A stretch of DNA of 32,000 nucleotides, taken from Byssovorax sp. (lineage in GTDB: Bacteria > Myxococcota_A > Polyangia > Polyangiales > Polyangiaceae). Below, piece after piece: positions 22,807-32,000 of this stretch. Below the pieces are notes generated by a model that was not told the origin of the DNA, did not search any database, and saw only the letters and a program-made list of their open reading frames with translations. A program made the translations under genes and the position numbers. The first letter of the stretch is position 1. The number at the start of each line of letters is the position of its first letter. The stretch covers positions 1 through 32,000 of the forward strand of contig JANYGI010000126.1 of assembly GCA_025362495.1 (NCBI GenBank), given 5' to 3'.

Positions 22807-23949
22807 ATGTTCGAGCCCCGCTACAGCCTCACGCCTCGCGTCGTCACCGCCCTCATGGCGGTCGAGGCGTCGCGGCAGATCGTCGCGTCGCTGCCGCTCA
22901 CGACGACGATGCTCGACTCGCTGCGGCGCACGGCGCGGCTGCTCGCCACCCACTATTCCACGCAGATCGAGGGCAATCAGCTCTCTCCGGCCCAGGTGGA
23001 GGTCGTCCTCGATCAGGGCGGCGCGTTCCCCGGCCGCGAGCGCGACGAGGCCGAGGTCCGGCACTACTTCGCCGCGCTCGAGCACGTCGAGCGCCTCGGG
23101 CGCGGCGGCGGGCACGTCATCGAGAAGGACGTGCGGACGATCCATGGTCTGGTGATGACCGGCAAGGCCCGCGCGACACCCTACCGCGACGGGCAGAACG
23201 TGATCCGCGACAGCAGGTCTCACCGCATCGTCTACATGCCTCCCGAGGCGAAGGACGTCACCGGTTTGATGCGCGAGCTCGTCGCCTGGGTCAACGCGTC
23301 GATCGGAGCGCGCGAGCTCCCGGTGCCGGTGATCGCGGCCTGCGCGCACCATCAGCTCGCGACGATTCACCCGTACTTCGATGGCAACGGGCGGACGGCG
23401 CGGCTCCTGACGACGATGATCCTGCACCGGAGCGGCTACGCGCTGAACGGCATCTACTCGCTGGAAGAGTATTATGCTGGCAACCTGGACGGGTATTACT
23501 CCGGGCTCTCCGTGGGCAAGAGCCACAACTACTATCTCGGCCGGATCGAGGCGGACATCACGTCGTTCATCGAGTATTTCTGCGCGGGGATGGCCGACGC
23601 GTTCGCGAAGGTGCGGCTCGCCGCCGAGGAGGCGAGCCGGCAAAGCACCCTCGACCAGACCCCGGCGCTGCGCGACCTGATACCGCAGCAGCGACAATCA
23701 CTCGGCCTGTTCCTGCGGCTCCGGGTGATCACCGCGAAGGATCTTGCCGCCTATTTCAGCTCCACTCCTCGGCAAGCCGCCGCGCTCTGCGGGAGGTGGG
23801 TGGAGTCCGGGTTCCTGGTCATCGAGGACCCCTCGACGAAGACCCGCAGTTACCGGCTCGCCGCAGCCCACGAGTCGCTGGTGGCGAAGCAAGCAGAGCG
23901 CGTCACCGCGCCCACGCGGAGCGAGACGCCGAGGCGGAAGGCCCGGTGA
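22807..23949 (+). CDS. fic: Fic family protein (AMPylase-type) with C-terminal winged-helix-like region
   Basis: Canonical Fic motif HPYFDGNGRTARLL. N-terminal Fic_N-like region (HYSTQIEGNQLS). 380 aa. Confidence 0.9.
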   Translation: MFEPRYSLTPRVVTALMAVEASRQIVASLPLTTTMLDSLRRTARLLATHYSTQIEGNQLSPAQVEVVLDQGGAFPGRERDEAEVRHYFAALEHVERLGRGGGHVIEKDVRTIHGLVMTGKARATPYRDGQNVIRDSRSHRIVYMPPEAKDVTGLMRELVAWVNASIGARELPVPVIAACAHHQLATIHPYFDGNGRTARLLTTMILHRSGYALNGIYSLEEYYAGNLDGYYSGLSVGKSHNYYLGRIEADITSFIEYFCAGMADAFAKVRLAAEEASRQSTLDQTPALRDLIPQQRQSLGLFLRLRVITAKDLAAYFSSTPRQAAALCGRWVESGFLVIEDPSTKTRSYRLAAAHESLVAKQAERVTAPTRSETPRRKAR

Positions 23950-23987
23950 GATCGCCCTCGATCGGGCCGTGATCCGGCTCGCGTGCA

Positions 23988-24016
23988 TTGACTCATCTCC
24001 TGAAAAATCATAAAGA
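23988..24016 (+). promoter_or_regulatory. candidate promoter upstream of the monooxygenase-like gene
   Basis: TTGACT (23988-23993), a 17-nt spacer, then TAAAGA (24011-24016). The -10 abuts the first ATG, so the true start may be a downstream Met (24025 or 24052). Confidence 0.3.
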
Positions 24017-25683
24017 TGCGGACGATGAGAGGACGCGCGTCGAAGGCTTGGATGTGCGGCGCCTCGTCGCCCCGGCTCGCGCTGCGCTTCTCCGGCGCGG
24101 CGGCCGCGCTGATCGTCGCTGGCTGCTCGGAGCTCCGGCCGCTCCCGCGCCCCGACGCGCAAGCAACGAGCGTGACGAGCGGCACCGGCGGAGGCGATGC
24201 GACTGGCGGGGCCGGCGGCGTCGGCGAGGGAGCCAGCACCGCGAGCGCTGCGAGCACCGGAGGCGCGGGTGGAGCCGGCGGCGCGAGCGGTGGAGTCACC
24301 GGCGCGGGCGGCTCGGCGAACGAGGCGTACAACGTGGATGCCTCGTTTCCGGAAGGTGGCCAGTCGCTCGTCCCCACGTTCTATCGGAACATCTTGCCCA
24401 TCGTGCAGACACGCTGTCAGAGTTGCCATTCTCCCGGGCACATCGCCCCCTTCAGCCTGATGACGTTCGCCGACGCACAGGCCGTCGCGACCGAGATGGC
24501 CTCGAGCACGCTGGCGCTGACGATGCCCCCGTGGAGCGCTCGGTCGACGGCCGAGTGCCAGCCGCGCTTCGGCTGGAAGGGCGACCAGAGCCTCTCGAGC
24601 ACCGAGATCGCCCTGTTCCAGAGCTGGAGCGTGTCCGGCGCTCGCCCCGGCGATCCGGCGGACGCGCCGCCGCCCGTCACCCCGGTGGAAGACGTGCTCC
24701 CCGCGGTGGACGTCACGCTCCAGCCCAAGGCGCCTTTCCTGGCCGGCGGCGACGACGACGAATTTCGCTGCTTCGTCCTCGATCCGCAGCTCGACTCGGA
24801 TCGATTCATCAATGGCAGTCGCTTCCTGATTGGCAATCCAGGGATCGTCCATCACATCCTCCTCATCGAGGATCCGGCGGACATCGGCGCCGGGAAGGCG
24901 GACGCTGACGGGGGCTATCCGTGCTTTTCCGGCCCGGAGGTGAGCTCGGCGAAGTACGTCGCGATGTGGACGCCGGGGAGCGGCACGATCCAGTTTCCGC
25001 CGAACGTGGGGATGCCGCTCGCGGCCGGCACCAAGCTGGTCATGCAGGTTCACTATCACCCGACGGGGGCGCCCGTCGTGGCCGATCAGATCGGCGTCCA
25101 GCTCCACTTCACCGACGGACCACCCGAATACCGGGTCATGCTGCAAGGGATCGGCAACTTCGACACGCTCGATCCCGACGGAGACGGCCTCCAGCCCGGC
25201 CCGGACGACCCGGGAGCGCCCGAGTTCTTCATCCCTGCCGGCGCCCAGGCTCACACCGAGACCATGAAATTCACGCTGCCCGGCGGGGACCCCGGCGATC
25301 CCGGGTCGGCGTTCCCGGACCTCCAGATCTACGCGCTGATGCCACACATGCATTTCGCCGCGTCGGGCATGAAGATCGATATCCACCGCGCCGCGTCCGT
25401 CGGGCCGGAGCCCGGAGACGAGTGCCTGATCGACACGCCCGAGTGGAGATTCGACTGGACACGCTCGTACCGCTACGACGCCTCGATCGCCGATCTGCCC
25501 ACCTTGCGCTCGGGTGACCAGCTCACGGTGCGGTGCACCTACAATAACTCGGCCTCCAACGCCGGGCTGATGGAAGCCCTGCAGCAGGCCGGAAAATCCG
25601 CGCCGCTCGACGTGAAGCTCGGGGAGACGGCCCTCGACGAGATGTGCCTCGGCGTGATCACGCTGCTCTACAAGGCACCTTGA
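24016..25683 (+). CDS. lipoprotein with CxxCH motif and PHM/DBH-like copper type II monooxygenase fold
   Basis: Lipobox LIVAG|C and a G/A/S/T linker. CQSCHSPGHIAPFSL...MPPW. IVHHILL...MQVHYHP (CuH-like His) and PHMHFAASGM...RCTYNN...DEMC (CuM-like), in the order seen in Cu2_monooxygen domains. Confidence 0.75.
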   Translation: MRTMRGRASKAWMCGASSPRLALRFSGAAAALIVAGCSELRPLPRPDAQATSVTSGTGGGDATGGAGGVGEGASTASAASTGGAGGAGGASGGVTGAGGSANEAYNVDASFPEGGQSLVPTFYRNILPIVQTRCQSCHSPGHIAPFSLMTFADAQAVATEMASSTLALTMPPWSARSTAECQPRFGWKGDQSLSSTEIALFQSWSVSGARPGDPADAPPPVTPVEDVLPAVDVTLQPKAPFLAGGDDDEFRCFVLDPQLDSDRFINGSRFLIGNPGIVHHILLIEDPADIGAGKADADGGYPCFSGPEVSSAKYVAMWTPGSGTIQFPPNVGMPLAAGTKLVMQVHYHPTGAPVVADQIGVQLHFTDGPPEYRVMLQGIGNFDTLDPDGDGLQPGPDDPGAPEFFIPAGAQAHTETMKFTLPGGDPGDPGSAFPDLQIYALMPHMHFAASGMKIDIHRAASVGPEPGDECLIDTPEWRFDWTRSYRYDASIADLPTLRSGDQLTVRCTYNNSASNAGLMEALQQAGKSAPLDVKLGETALDEMCLGVITLLYKAP

Positions 25684-25695
25684 CGCTCGCGCGGT

Positions 25696-26721
25696 TCAAG
25701 GCTTCTTCTTGAGCTTCTTCACCGTGTCTCCGACGATCTCCAGCACCTCGGGATCGCCCCCGTAATAGTGCGAGAGGCCGACGTCGACGCGCCAGACCCG
25801 CTCGTCGCAGGCCGAGCTGATGCCGCCGCGCTGCACGGTGTGGCCGACGACCATGCGCTTCGCCGAGGCCGCCGAGAGGGCCTCTCCCAGCACCTTGCAG
25901 TCTTCGACGTCGGGAGCGGCGGAGTAGCGGCGGTTCCAGATCGGGCCGTCTTCGGCGGTGACGATCTCGGGCGGAGCCGGCCTGTCGCCGTTCATCCAGG
26001 CGCTGACTTCGTGGTTGATCCGAGCCAGCCCGTACTTCACGTGCTTGGGGAGGACGCCGCCGTGGACGAAGAGCGTATCGCCGACGAGGGCCACCGTGTC
26101 GCGCTTCGCGAGGCGCTTGGCGTACGGGGCGCCGGGGAGGAAGGAGGCCGCCCGTTCGCGCGCCGCGGCGGGGACGTCGGCGAGGCGAGGATCGGCGAGG
26201 TTCGTCCCGGAGACGGCGTTGAAGCCATGAAAGCCCCCGTCGGTCACGTAGCGAAAATCGAGCTGAACGTTCATGATCTCGTGATTGCCATTCAGGGCGA
26301 TCACGGCTCCTCCGGCGGCCCTGGCCTCGCCTTCGAGGGCGTCGAACAGATCGACGATGGCGCGCTCGCCGTCGCCGCGATCGAGCTGATCGCCCGTCTG
26401 CACAACGACGAGCTTGCCGCCCGACCAGTGGTCCTTCTCGTCGACGGCGCCGGCGAGGCGCAGCGCGGCGCGCGTGGCGGCGAGATCGCCGTGGAGATCG
26501 CCTATCGCGACGAGGCGCGCCGGCGCAGGCAAGCGAGTGAGCTGCTCGGCGACGGGCGCTTGGATGAGCGTCGGGGACGACGCGGACGGCGGCGGCGCGG
26601 CGGCCGCGAGGGGGATGATTGGCGAGGTCGTCGCGGCGGGAGAAGGCCCCGAGCCCCTGTCGCAGGCGAGGAGGAGCAGAGGCAGAGAGAGAGCGAGAGC
26701 CGGCGCGCCGAGGTGATTCAC
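25696..26721 (-). CDS. secreted calcineurin-like metallophosphoesterase (Shelph/PPP-like)
   Basis: Lipobox LLLLA|C. GDLHGD, GDQLDRGD, LNGNHE, VHGG and VGHT motifs are all in order. Confidence 0.88.
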   Translation of the reverse strand: MNHLGAPALALSLPLLLLACDRGSGPSPAATTSPIIPLAAAAPPPSASSPTLIQAPVAEQLTRLPAPARLVAIGDLHGDLAATRAALRLAGAVDEKDHWSGGKLVVVQTGDQLDRGDGERAIVDLFDALEGEARAAGGAVIALNGNHEIMNVQLDFRYVTDGGFHGFNAVSGTNLADPRLADVPAAARERAASFLPGAPYAKRLAKRDTVALVGDTLFVHGGVLPKHVKYGLARINHEVSAWMNGDRPAPPEIVTAEDGPIWNRRYSAAPDVEDCKVLGEALSAASAKRMVVGHTVQRGGISSACDERVWRVDVGLSHYYGGDPEVLEIVGDTVKKLKKKP

Positions 26722-26886
26722 CCGCGCAGCATACCCGGACCGGAGCGCCGCGAGGAGCGCTCGCTGGGGTACGGCGGACCGGATCAGCGGGGATCCATCC
26801 CACGACCAATCGAACGCTGCACGACGTGAACGCCCTGGTTTTCAGGCTCTTCGGGGTTGGTGCTCGACTTGCAGCAGCGATCACGC

Positions 26887-27801
26887 ATGAGCCTGCATGC
26901 CCTCGCTCGATCGCCTCGCGCCGGGACGCTGCACGCCTTCGCGGCTCTGGCGCTCGTCGTCGTCGGAGCCACCGGGTGCGCCCAGGAGATCCCGGGCAAG
27001 CTGGAGGTGAACGTCGCGCACGACTCGACGGGAGACGGCGGAGTCGGCGGCTCGGGGGAGGCGACCACGGGATCAGGCGGAGATACTGGCTCGGGCGGCT
27101 CGGCGTCGAGCGATGCCACGTCGGCGAGCACCGGCAGCGCCACGCCGCAACAGGCCACGTTCCTGCTCTCTCTCGATACCACGTCTCCCCAGGTCGACCT
27201 CGATGACAAGGTCGAGATGACGGTCACGATCTCGCCCGGCGGCTACCAGGGGCCTGTCACCATGGCGATCAACAACCTCGGCAACGGCGGGATCACCGGG
27301 GCATTTTCGCCGAAGCAAGTCACCATCGACGGCGCGACCGACGTGACCGTGAAGCTGACGTTGACCACGATGTCGTCGACTCCGCCGGGCGACCTCGACT
27401 TCAGCGTCTCGGGCGCCGTGGCGACGGGCGCAAAGACGGCTTCTGCGACGCTGACCGTGAACCCGGCGATCACCGTGGTGATTCCGAAGGGTGTCTATCA
27501 GCTCGGCGGGACCAAGGATAACCCGTACAAGATGGCCTTCGGCGACTATCCGATGAACGTCATCGCGGCGAAGGACATCTCGGATCAGCACCCGCTCACG
27601 GTGCGCTTCTTCAACGACGACGACATGGCGCACGAGATCCACGCCGCCAGCCCGGCGCAGGGCTTCCCCCACGACGCCGGGCCGATCGCGCCGCACGCGA
27701 TGGATGCTCTCGTGCGCAAGATCAACGCGAAGGGGCTCTACGATTACTACCTGCACGATCAGAACGCGCCGGCGACCATCGGGCGCCTCGCGGTGCAGTG
27801 A
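26887..27801 (+). CDS. lipoprotein, unknown function
   Basis: ATG at 26887. ALALVVVGATG|C lipobox, a G/S/T/D-rich linker, beta-rich repeats, and a His-rich C-terminal segment (MAHEIHAASPAQGFPHD). Confidence 0.75.
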   Translation: MSLHALARSPRAGTLHAFAALALVVVGATGCAQEIPGKLEVNVAHDSTGDGGVGGSGEATTGSGGDTGSGGSASSDATSASTGSATPQQATFLLSLDTTSPQVDLDDKVEMTVTISPGGYQGPVTMAINNLGNGGITGAFSPKQVTIDGATDVTVKLTLTTMSSTPPGDLDFSVSGAVATGAKTASATLTVNPAITVVIPKGVYQLGGTKDNPYKMAFGDYPMNVIAAKDISDQHPLTVRFFNDDDMAHEIHAASPAQGFPHDAGPIAPHAMDALVRKINAKGLYDYYLHDQNAPATIGRLAVQ

Positions 27802-28767
27802 TCAGCGGGCGTACGGCTCGAGGAAGGTGAACGTGTCCTTCCAGCACTGCTGAGCGTTCCGGCGCCAGACGAAGGCGTGGAAGGCGTGGATCTCGCCGTC
27901 GTAGAAGCGAATTTCCGACGCGACGCCGAGGCGGTCGAGGGCGGTCTTGAGGCGGCGCGAGTCGTCGAGCACCGGATCCTTGGTGCCGACAGGGATGAAG
28001 AAGGGCGGTAACGGGCGAGCCGGAGCGGCGCTGTTCTCGAGGACGACGAGCGGATCGGCGAGCTCGAGGGCGCCCGGGCCCTCGGCAGCGGCGCCTTCGA
28101 GGTAGGCGCTCGAGACCTCGGTGATCCGGTCGTTGACGAAGGTTCCCAGCGTTGACTTGCGGCGGAAGAAGCGCGCCGGGTCCGAGACCTGGAGCAGCCC
28201 GCACGCGGCAACTACACCCTTCGGGCGCACGTCGAGGTCGAAGAGAGCGCGCGCCCAGGGCTCGGGGCGCTCGTAGCTCGTCGCGATGGTCAGGGCCGTG
28301 ATCAGGTTGGCGCCTGCCGATTCACCCGCGAGGAAGATGCGCGCAGGATCGCCGCCGTAGCGCTCGGCGTTCCGCGCCGTCCAGGCCAGCGCGGCGGCGG
28401 CGTCCTCCGGGGCGGCCGGATACGGATGCACGGGGGCGAGGCGATAGTCGATGTTGAAGACCAGATAGCCGCGCCGCGCGAAGGCCAGGGCCATGACCCA
28501 GTGGGTCTCTTTCGAGAGGATGCGAAAGCCGCCGCCATGCACGTAGAGCACGACCGGCAGGGGGCGGGGCCGGTCCATGGGTACGTAGATATCGAGCTTG
28601 TGTGCGTGGCCGCCCTCTTCGCGATAGGGGATGTCGCGCAGGACCTCGACGCGGTGGCGCTCCGGTCGCGCGAGCGGGTGCAGGCGGCCGGCGGACGCCG
28701 CGCCGCGGAAGGCGTTGTCGACGATCATCGCCCCGAGGCGACGGCGAAGTGCAGCTACAGCAGACAT
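27802..28767 (-). CDS. alpha/beta hydrolase, HSL-type esterase/lipase (family IV)
   Basis: VLYVHGGGF oxyanion motif and GESAGANL nucleophile elbow. Start taken at the ATG at 28767 (ATG at 28728 is an alternative). Its stop abuts the convergent neighbour's stop in the palindrome TGATCA (27799-27804). Confidence 0.85.
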   Translation of the reverse strand: MSAVAALRRRLGAMIVDNAFRGAASAGRLHPLARPERHRVEVLRDIPYREEGGHAHKLDIYVPMDRPRPLPVVLYVHGGGFRILSKETHWVMALAFARRGYLVFNIDYRLAPVHPYPAAPEDAAAALAWTARNAERYGGDPARIFLAGESAGANLITALTIATSYERPEPWARALFDLDVRPKGVVAACGLLQVSDPARFFRRKSTLGTFVNDRITEVSSAYLEGAAAEGPGALELADPLVVLENSAAPARPLPPFFIPVGTKDPVLDDSRRLKTALDRLGVASEIRFYDGEIHAFHAFVWRRNAQQCWKDTFTFLEPYAR

Positions 28768-28798
28768 TTTCACGGATCCGCATGGTAGCATCGGCGAC

Positions 28799-30025
28799 AT
28801 GATCGAGTGGAGCGAGATGCACCTCGCCATCCGCGACGCGTTCCGACGCTTCGTGGAGGCTGAAATCAAGCCGAATCTCACCGAGCTCGAGCATGGCGAC
28901 ACGCCGCCCTACGCGGTGCTGCGCAAGATGGTCGAGACGTTCGGCCTCGCCGACATGGCCCGCGCGAAGTTCGCCAAGGATCTGGCGCGCGAGGCGCGCG
29001 AACGGGATCCAGGCGCGCCGCCGCGCGAGCGCAAGCCCTCGCCCGAGGCCGGGAACGAGGTCGCGATGCAGATGATCCCGATCATCGAGCTCTGCCACTA
29101 CTGCCCTGGCATGGTGACGGCGCTCGGCGTGAGCATGGGTCTGACGGCGCGGGCGATCACCTCACGCGGCACGCGCGTTCAGAAAGAGCGCTGGGCGCTG
29201 CCGCTGCTGACGCTGGAGACGATCGGCGCCTGGGCCATCACCGAGCCTTCGTCGGGATCGGACGCCTTCGGAGCGATGCTGTCGACGGCGCGGCGCGACG
29301 GCGAAGGTTACGTGCTCAACGGCAGCAAGACGTTCATCACCAACGGTCCGTACGCCGACACCATCGTGTTCATCTGCAAGCTCGACGAGGGGAACGAGCC
29401 AAGAGAGCGGAAGATCGTGAGCTTCATCCTCGACAAGGGGATGCCGGGGCTCACCCAGTCGAAGCCGCTGCGCAAGATGGGGTTGCACTCGTCGCCGACC
29501 GGGGAGCTGTTCCTCGAAGACGTGCGCGTCGGGAAAGACCGCTTGATCGGCGAGACCGAAGAGGCCCAGTCCCGATCGGGCGCGAAGGAGACGTTCGCGT
29601 CGGAGCGCACCGGCGTGGCGGCGATGGCCCTCGGGATCGTGCTCCAGTGCCAGAAGCTCTCGATCGAGTACGCGAAGACGCGGGTGCAGTTCGGGCGGCC
29701 GATCGGCGAGTTCCAGCTGATCCAGCTCAAGCTGGCGAAGATGGAGGTCGCGCGGATGAACCTGCAGAACCTGGTGTTCCGCCAGATCGAGATGGCCTCT
29801 GCCGGAAAATCGATGGCCCTCGCCGAGGCCTCGGCGTGCAAGCTCTACGCGGCGCAGGCGGCTATGGATGTCTGTCTGGAGGCCGTGCAGCTCTTCGGGG
29901 GCAACGGGTACATGGCGGAGTATCAGGTCGAGCAGCTCTGTCGCGACGCGAAGGTGCTGCAGATCTACGGCGGGACCGACGAGATCCAGGTGTCGCAGAT
30001 CGCGCGCAGCCTGCTGGCAGGGTGA
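28799..30025 (+). CDS. acyl-CoA dehydrogenase
   Basis: MIEWSEMHLAIRD start. GSKTFITNG, RVQFGRPIGEFQ, LFGGNGY and IYGGTDEIQ motifs. It is divergent from the esterase with only about 31 nt between the starts. Confidence 0.9.
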   Translation: MIEWSEMHLAIRDAFRRFVEAEIKPNLTELEHGDTPPYAVLRKMVETFGLADMARAKFAKDLAREARERDPGAPPRERKPSPEAGNEVAMQMIPIIELCHYCPGMVTALGVSMGLTARAITSRGTRVQKERWALPLLTLETIGAWAITEPSSGSDAFGAMLSTARRDGEGYVLNGSKTFITNGPYADTIVFICKLDEGNEPRERKIVSFILDKGMPGLTQSKPLRKMGLHSSPTGELFLEDVRVGKDRLIGETEEAQSRSGAKETFASERTGVAAMALGIVLQCQKLSIEYAKTRVQFGRPIGEFQLIQLKLAKMEVARMNLQNLVFRQIEMASAGKSMALAEASACKLYAAQAAMDVCLEAVQLFGGNGYMAEYQVEQLCRDAKVLQIYGGTDEIQVSQIARSLLAG

Positions 30026-30038
30026 AGGGAGGGCGGCT

Positions 30039-31112
30039 GTGAGGCGAACTCTGTGCTTGACCGCGGTGTCCGGGCTCCTCGTCGGGTGTAACCTGCTCCT
30101 CGGCACCGAGCCACCCGTGCTCCGTGAGCCGGGCAGCGGCGGCGCCGGCGGGGGAGCCGCGGCCGTGACGACCGGCGCCGGTGGAGGAGACGACGTGTCG
30201 TTCGCCGACGGGTCGGGAGGGAGCGACTCGGCCAGCGGGACGGGTGGATCGGCGACCGGCGTGTGCGGCGATGGCTCGTGGGCCCACTGGCCGGTGGGGG
30301 GCGCGCACGATTACCATGTCTTCACCGGATCGACGCTGGAGCAGTCGGTGACCGACGCGTTGACGGGGCTCGACTGGCAGCGTGCGTCGTCGACGACCGC
30401 GATGTCGCTGAGCGAGGCGCAGGCCCATTGCAAGCTGCTGAAATGGGCCGACAAGACTGGCTGGCGCCTCCCGACGCGGATGGAGCTGCTCTCGATCGTG
30501 GACTATTCCAAGGCCGGGCCCAGCGTCGATGGGGGGCTGTTCCCGGATACGCCGTCGGAGCAGTTCTGGACGTCTTCGCCGTCGATGTACGTCCCCGCGC
30601 CGCTGGGCTCGGCGTTCTGGCAGGTGAGCTTTGCCGCCGGAGGGACGTTCCCGGGAATGGCCAGCTCGGACGCCGGGCGGGCGCGCTGTGTTCGTGGCGG
30701 GCCTCCGCCGCTCGCCGCGGGCGCGCCGACCGGCTGCTATCGTTACGATATCACCGAGACCACCGCGAGAGACATCGAGTCAGGGCTGACGTGGGAGCGC
30801 GTCGCGAGCGATCAACCCCTCTTGCGCGAGGACGCCGCCGCCCGCTGCGCGAAGCTGAGCGTCGCCGGCGCGGCGTGGCGATTGCCGACGATCGCCGAGC
30901 TCACGTCGATCCTCGACGAGGAGAAGGTCGACGCTCCTCGCCTCGATCCGGTGGCCTTCCCCAAGGGCGCTGCCGATCAGGGCGACTGGTACTGGTCGTC
31001 AACCGGCGACGCGGGGAAGCCGAGCGCGGACGCGTGGAGCATTCGGATCATCCACGGGACCGTGAGCGAGCTGGCGAGCCCCGGGCCGGCCTACGTGCGC
31101 TGCGTTCACTGA
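30039..31112 (+). CDS. DUF1566 (Lcl C-terminal-like) domain lipoprotein, two repeats
   Basis: GTG at 30039 after GGGAGG. Lipobox LLVG|C and a G/S/A linker. Two copies of GL.W.R...W[RK]LPT..EL.SI.D. Confidence 0.8.
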   Translation: MRRTLCLTAVSGLLVGCNLLLGTEPPVLREPGSGGAGGGAAAVTTGAGGGDDVSFADGSGGSDSASGTGGSATGVCGDGSWAHWPVGGAHDYHVFTGSTLEQSVTDALTGLDWQRASSTTAMSLSEAQAHCKLLKWADKTGWRLPTRMELLSIVDYSKAGPSVDGGLFPDTPSEQFWTSSPSMYVPAPLGSAFWQVSFAAGGTFPGMASSDAGRARCVRGGPPPLAAGAPTGCYRYDITETTARDIESGLTWERVASDQPLLREDAAARCAKLSVAGAAWRLPTIAELTSILDEEKVDAPRLDPVAFPKGAADQGDWYWSSTGDAGKPSADAWSIRIIHGTVSELASPGPAYVRCVH

Positions 31113-31121
31113 CGCTGTCGT

Positions 31122-31676
31122 TCACCACTGGCCGGTGAGCACGAGGCTGCCGGGGCCAAGAACGAGCCTGGCGGAAGCCGGGACCGGGCGAGGGGCCGGC
31201 GTGAGCGAGGGAGCGGCGTTCGGTGCGATGCCGTCGACCGGGGCCGTCGCCATCAGCACGATGCCTCCGGCGAAGAGCACGCTCCCGGCGACGAACATGA
31301 CGGTGGACCAGTTACCGTAATCGATGCTGGTGTTGAGGAGCGCGGCCCCGGTGCGGTCGCAGAGGTTGCCGATGCAGTGGCCGCCGACGCTGCTCTCGCC
31401 CTTCTTGATCGTCGCGGTGATGCCGAGTCCGGCGCCGACGAGGAAGCCAATCGCGCCGACCCCGCCGACCGAGAGGCCGAGCGTCTCCTGGGTGAGCAGC
31501 GGTGGCTGGAGCGGATCCTTCGGTGGCGCGGGGGCGATCGGCGGCGTCGTGTTCGCGGGCGGCGGTGTCGGCGCGCCGTTGCTCTGCGCCAGCGCGGGCG
31601 CGCTCGCGAGGACCGCGGCGAGCGCGAACACCGCGGGAAGCAAGGCGCGACCGCGCTCCGGTGGGGAATTTTGCAC
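31122..31676 (-). CDS. secreted/membrane protein, unknown function
   Basis: Signal-like LLPAVFALAAVLASAPALAQ, a Pro-rich stretch, and two hydrophobic helices (LGLSVGGVGAIGFLVGAGLGI, VMFVAGSVLFAGGIVLMA). Confidence 0.6.
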   Translation of the reverse strand: MQNSPPERGRALLPAVFALAAVLASAPALAQSNGAPTPPPANTTPPIAPAPPKDPLQPPLLTQETLGLSVGGVGAIGFLVGAGLGITATIKKGESSVGGHCIGNLCDRTGAALLNTSIDYGNWSTVMFVAGSVLFAGGIVLMATAPVDGIAPNAAPSLTPAPRPVPASARLVLGPGSLVLTGQW

Positions 31677-31727
31677 GTCTGCCGACAGGCTATCAGCCAG
31701 GGCAATTCGCGCGCAAGCCTCGCTCGA

Positions 31728-32000
31728 TCAGGCCGGCATCGGCCCGATGTAGCGTGAGTCGGGGCGGATCAGCTTGCCGACGGCGCGCTGCTCGACCGCG
31801 TGCGCGCACCAGCCCGCGGTGCGGCCGACGGCGAACGTGGGCGAGAAGGCCGTGCGATCGAGGCCGATCGCGTCGAGAAGAACCGCCGTGTAGAACTCGA
31901 CGTTGGCGCGGAGCGGGCGGGCCGGGTACTTCGCGCGCAAAGCCCCCTCCGCCGCGCGCTCGACGGCGCGGGTGAGATCGAGCCGGCCGGTGCGCACGCC
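31728..32000 (-). CDS. citrate synthase family protein, C-terminal part (partial at window edge)
   Basis: NVEFYTAVLLDAIGL...FAVGRTAGWCAHAVEQ...KLIRPDSRYIGP is the conserved citrate synthase C-terminus. The N-terminus lies beyond 32000. Confidence 0.8.
   Translation of the reverse strand, partial: GVRTGRLDLTRAVERAAEGALRAKYPARPLRANVEFYTAVLLDAIGLDRTAFSPTFAVGRTAGWCAHAVEQRAVGKLIRPDSRYIGPMPA

Noticed and set aside
23698-25386. 562-aa ORF on the - strand
   Set aside because: It is antisense to the fic 3' end and the monooxygenase-like gene, both of which have strong motifs. Its composition is Arg/Gly/Ala-biased.
25658-26884. 408-aa ORF on the - strand (alternative frame to the metallophosphoesterase)
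   Set aside because: It is extremely Arg-rich (RRRR runs). The overlapping frame 25696-26721 carries the complete GDxHG/GDxxDRG/GNHE motif set.
1-32000. tRNA, rRNA or tmRNA genes in the non-coding gaps
   Set aside because: There is no GGTTCGA-type T-arm or cloverleaf-compatible segment in the intergenic regions. A tRNAscan/Infernal run would be needed for certainty.

Overview
This is a high-GC segment (roughly 70% by eye) of a bacterial chromosome. It carries many lipoproteins with Gly/Ser/Thr/Ala-rich linkers, an ECF sigma factor, a stand-alone dnaE2, and Arg/Ala-rich spurious ORFs in every frame. That style looks myxobacterial (Sorangium/Polyangiaceae-like), but the taxon is inference only. 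The right half (18.6-32 kb) is ordinary core: map, dnaE2, fic, a PHM/DBH-like copper monooxygenase lipoprotein, a secreted metallophosphoesterase, an HSL-type esterase, an acyl-CoA dehydrogenase, a DUF1566 lipoprotein and a citrate synthase fragment. The left half looks accessory, with three visibly AT-richer patches (0.2-2.9 kb, 8.8-9.95 kb, 12.4-15.65 kb). The most interesting is the 12.4-15.6 kb patch, which reads as an integron-type gene-cassette array without an integrase (CALIN-like). Two 88-nt attC-like sites (inverse core GCCCAAC ... core GTTGGGY) each follow a + strand ORF. The cassettes encode (i) a PD-(D/E)xK HsdR-N-terminal-like nuclease, (ii) an FRG-domain protein and (iii) a translationally coupled pair of small multi-TM proteins, which makes them candidate compact defence or conflict modules. 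The patch sits next to a large serine recombinase. The upstream junction of that recombinase appears to cut off a MutS-family gene before its ATPase domain. Other observations: five dispersed arrays of a degenerate ~36-40 bp GC-rich hairpin repeat (two of them bracket the cassette patch); six helically phased 11-bp direct repeats upstream of fic; an ECF sigma fused to a TM/extracytoplasmic extension; a translationally coupled two-gene module of unknown function (1414-2876); and a hairpin-rich 1.4 kb non-coding tract. All domain calls come from motif recognition by eye. No searches were run.
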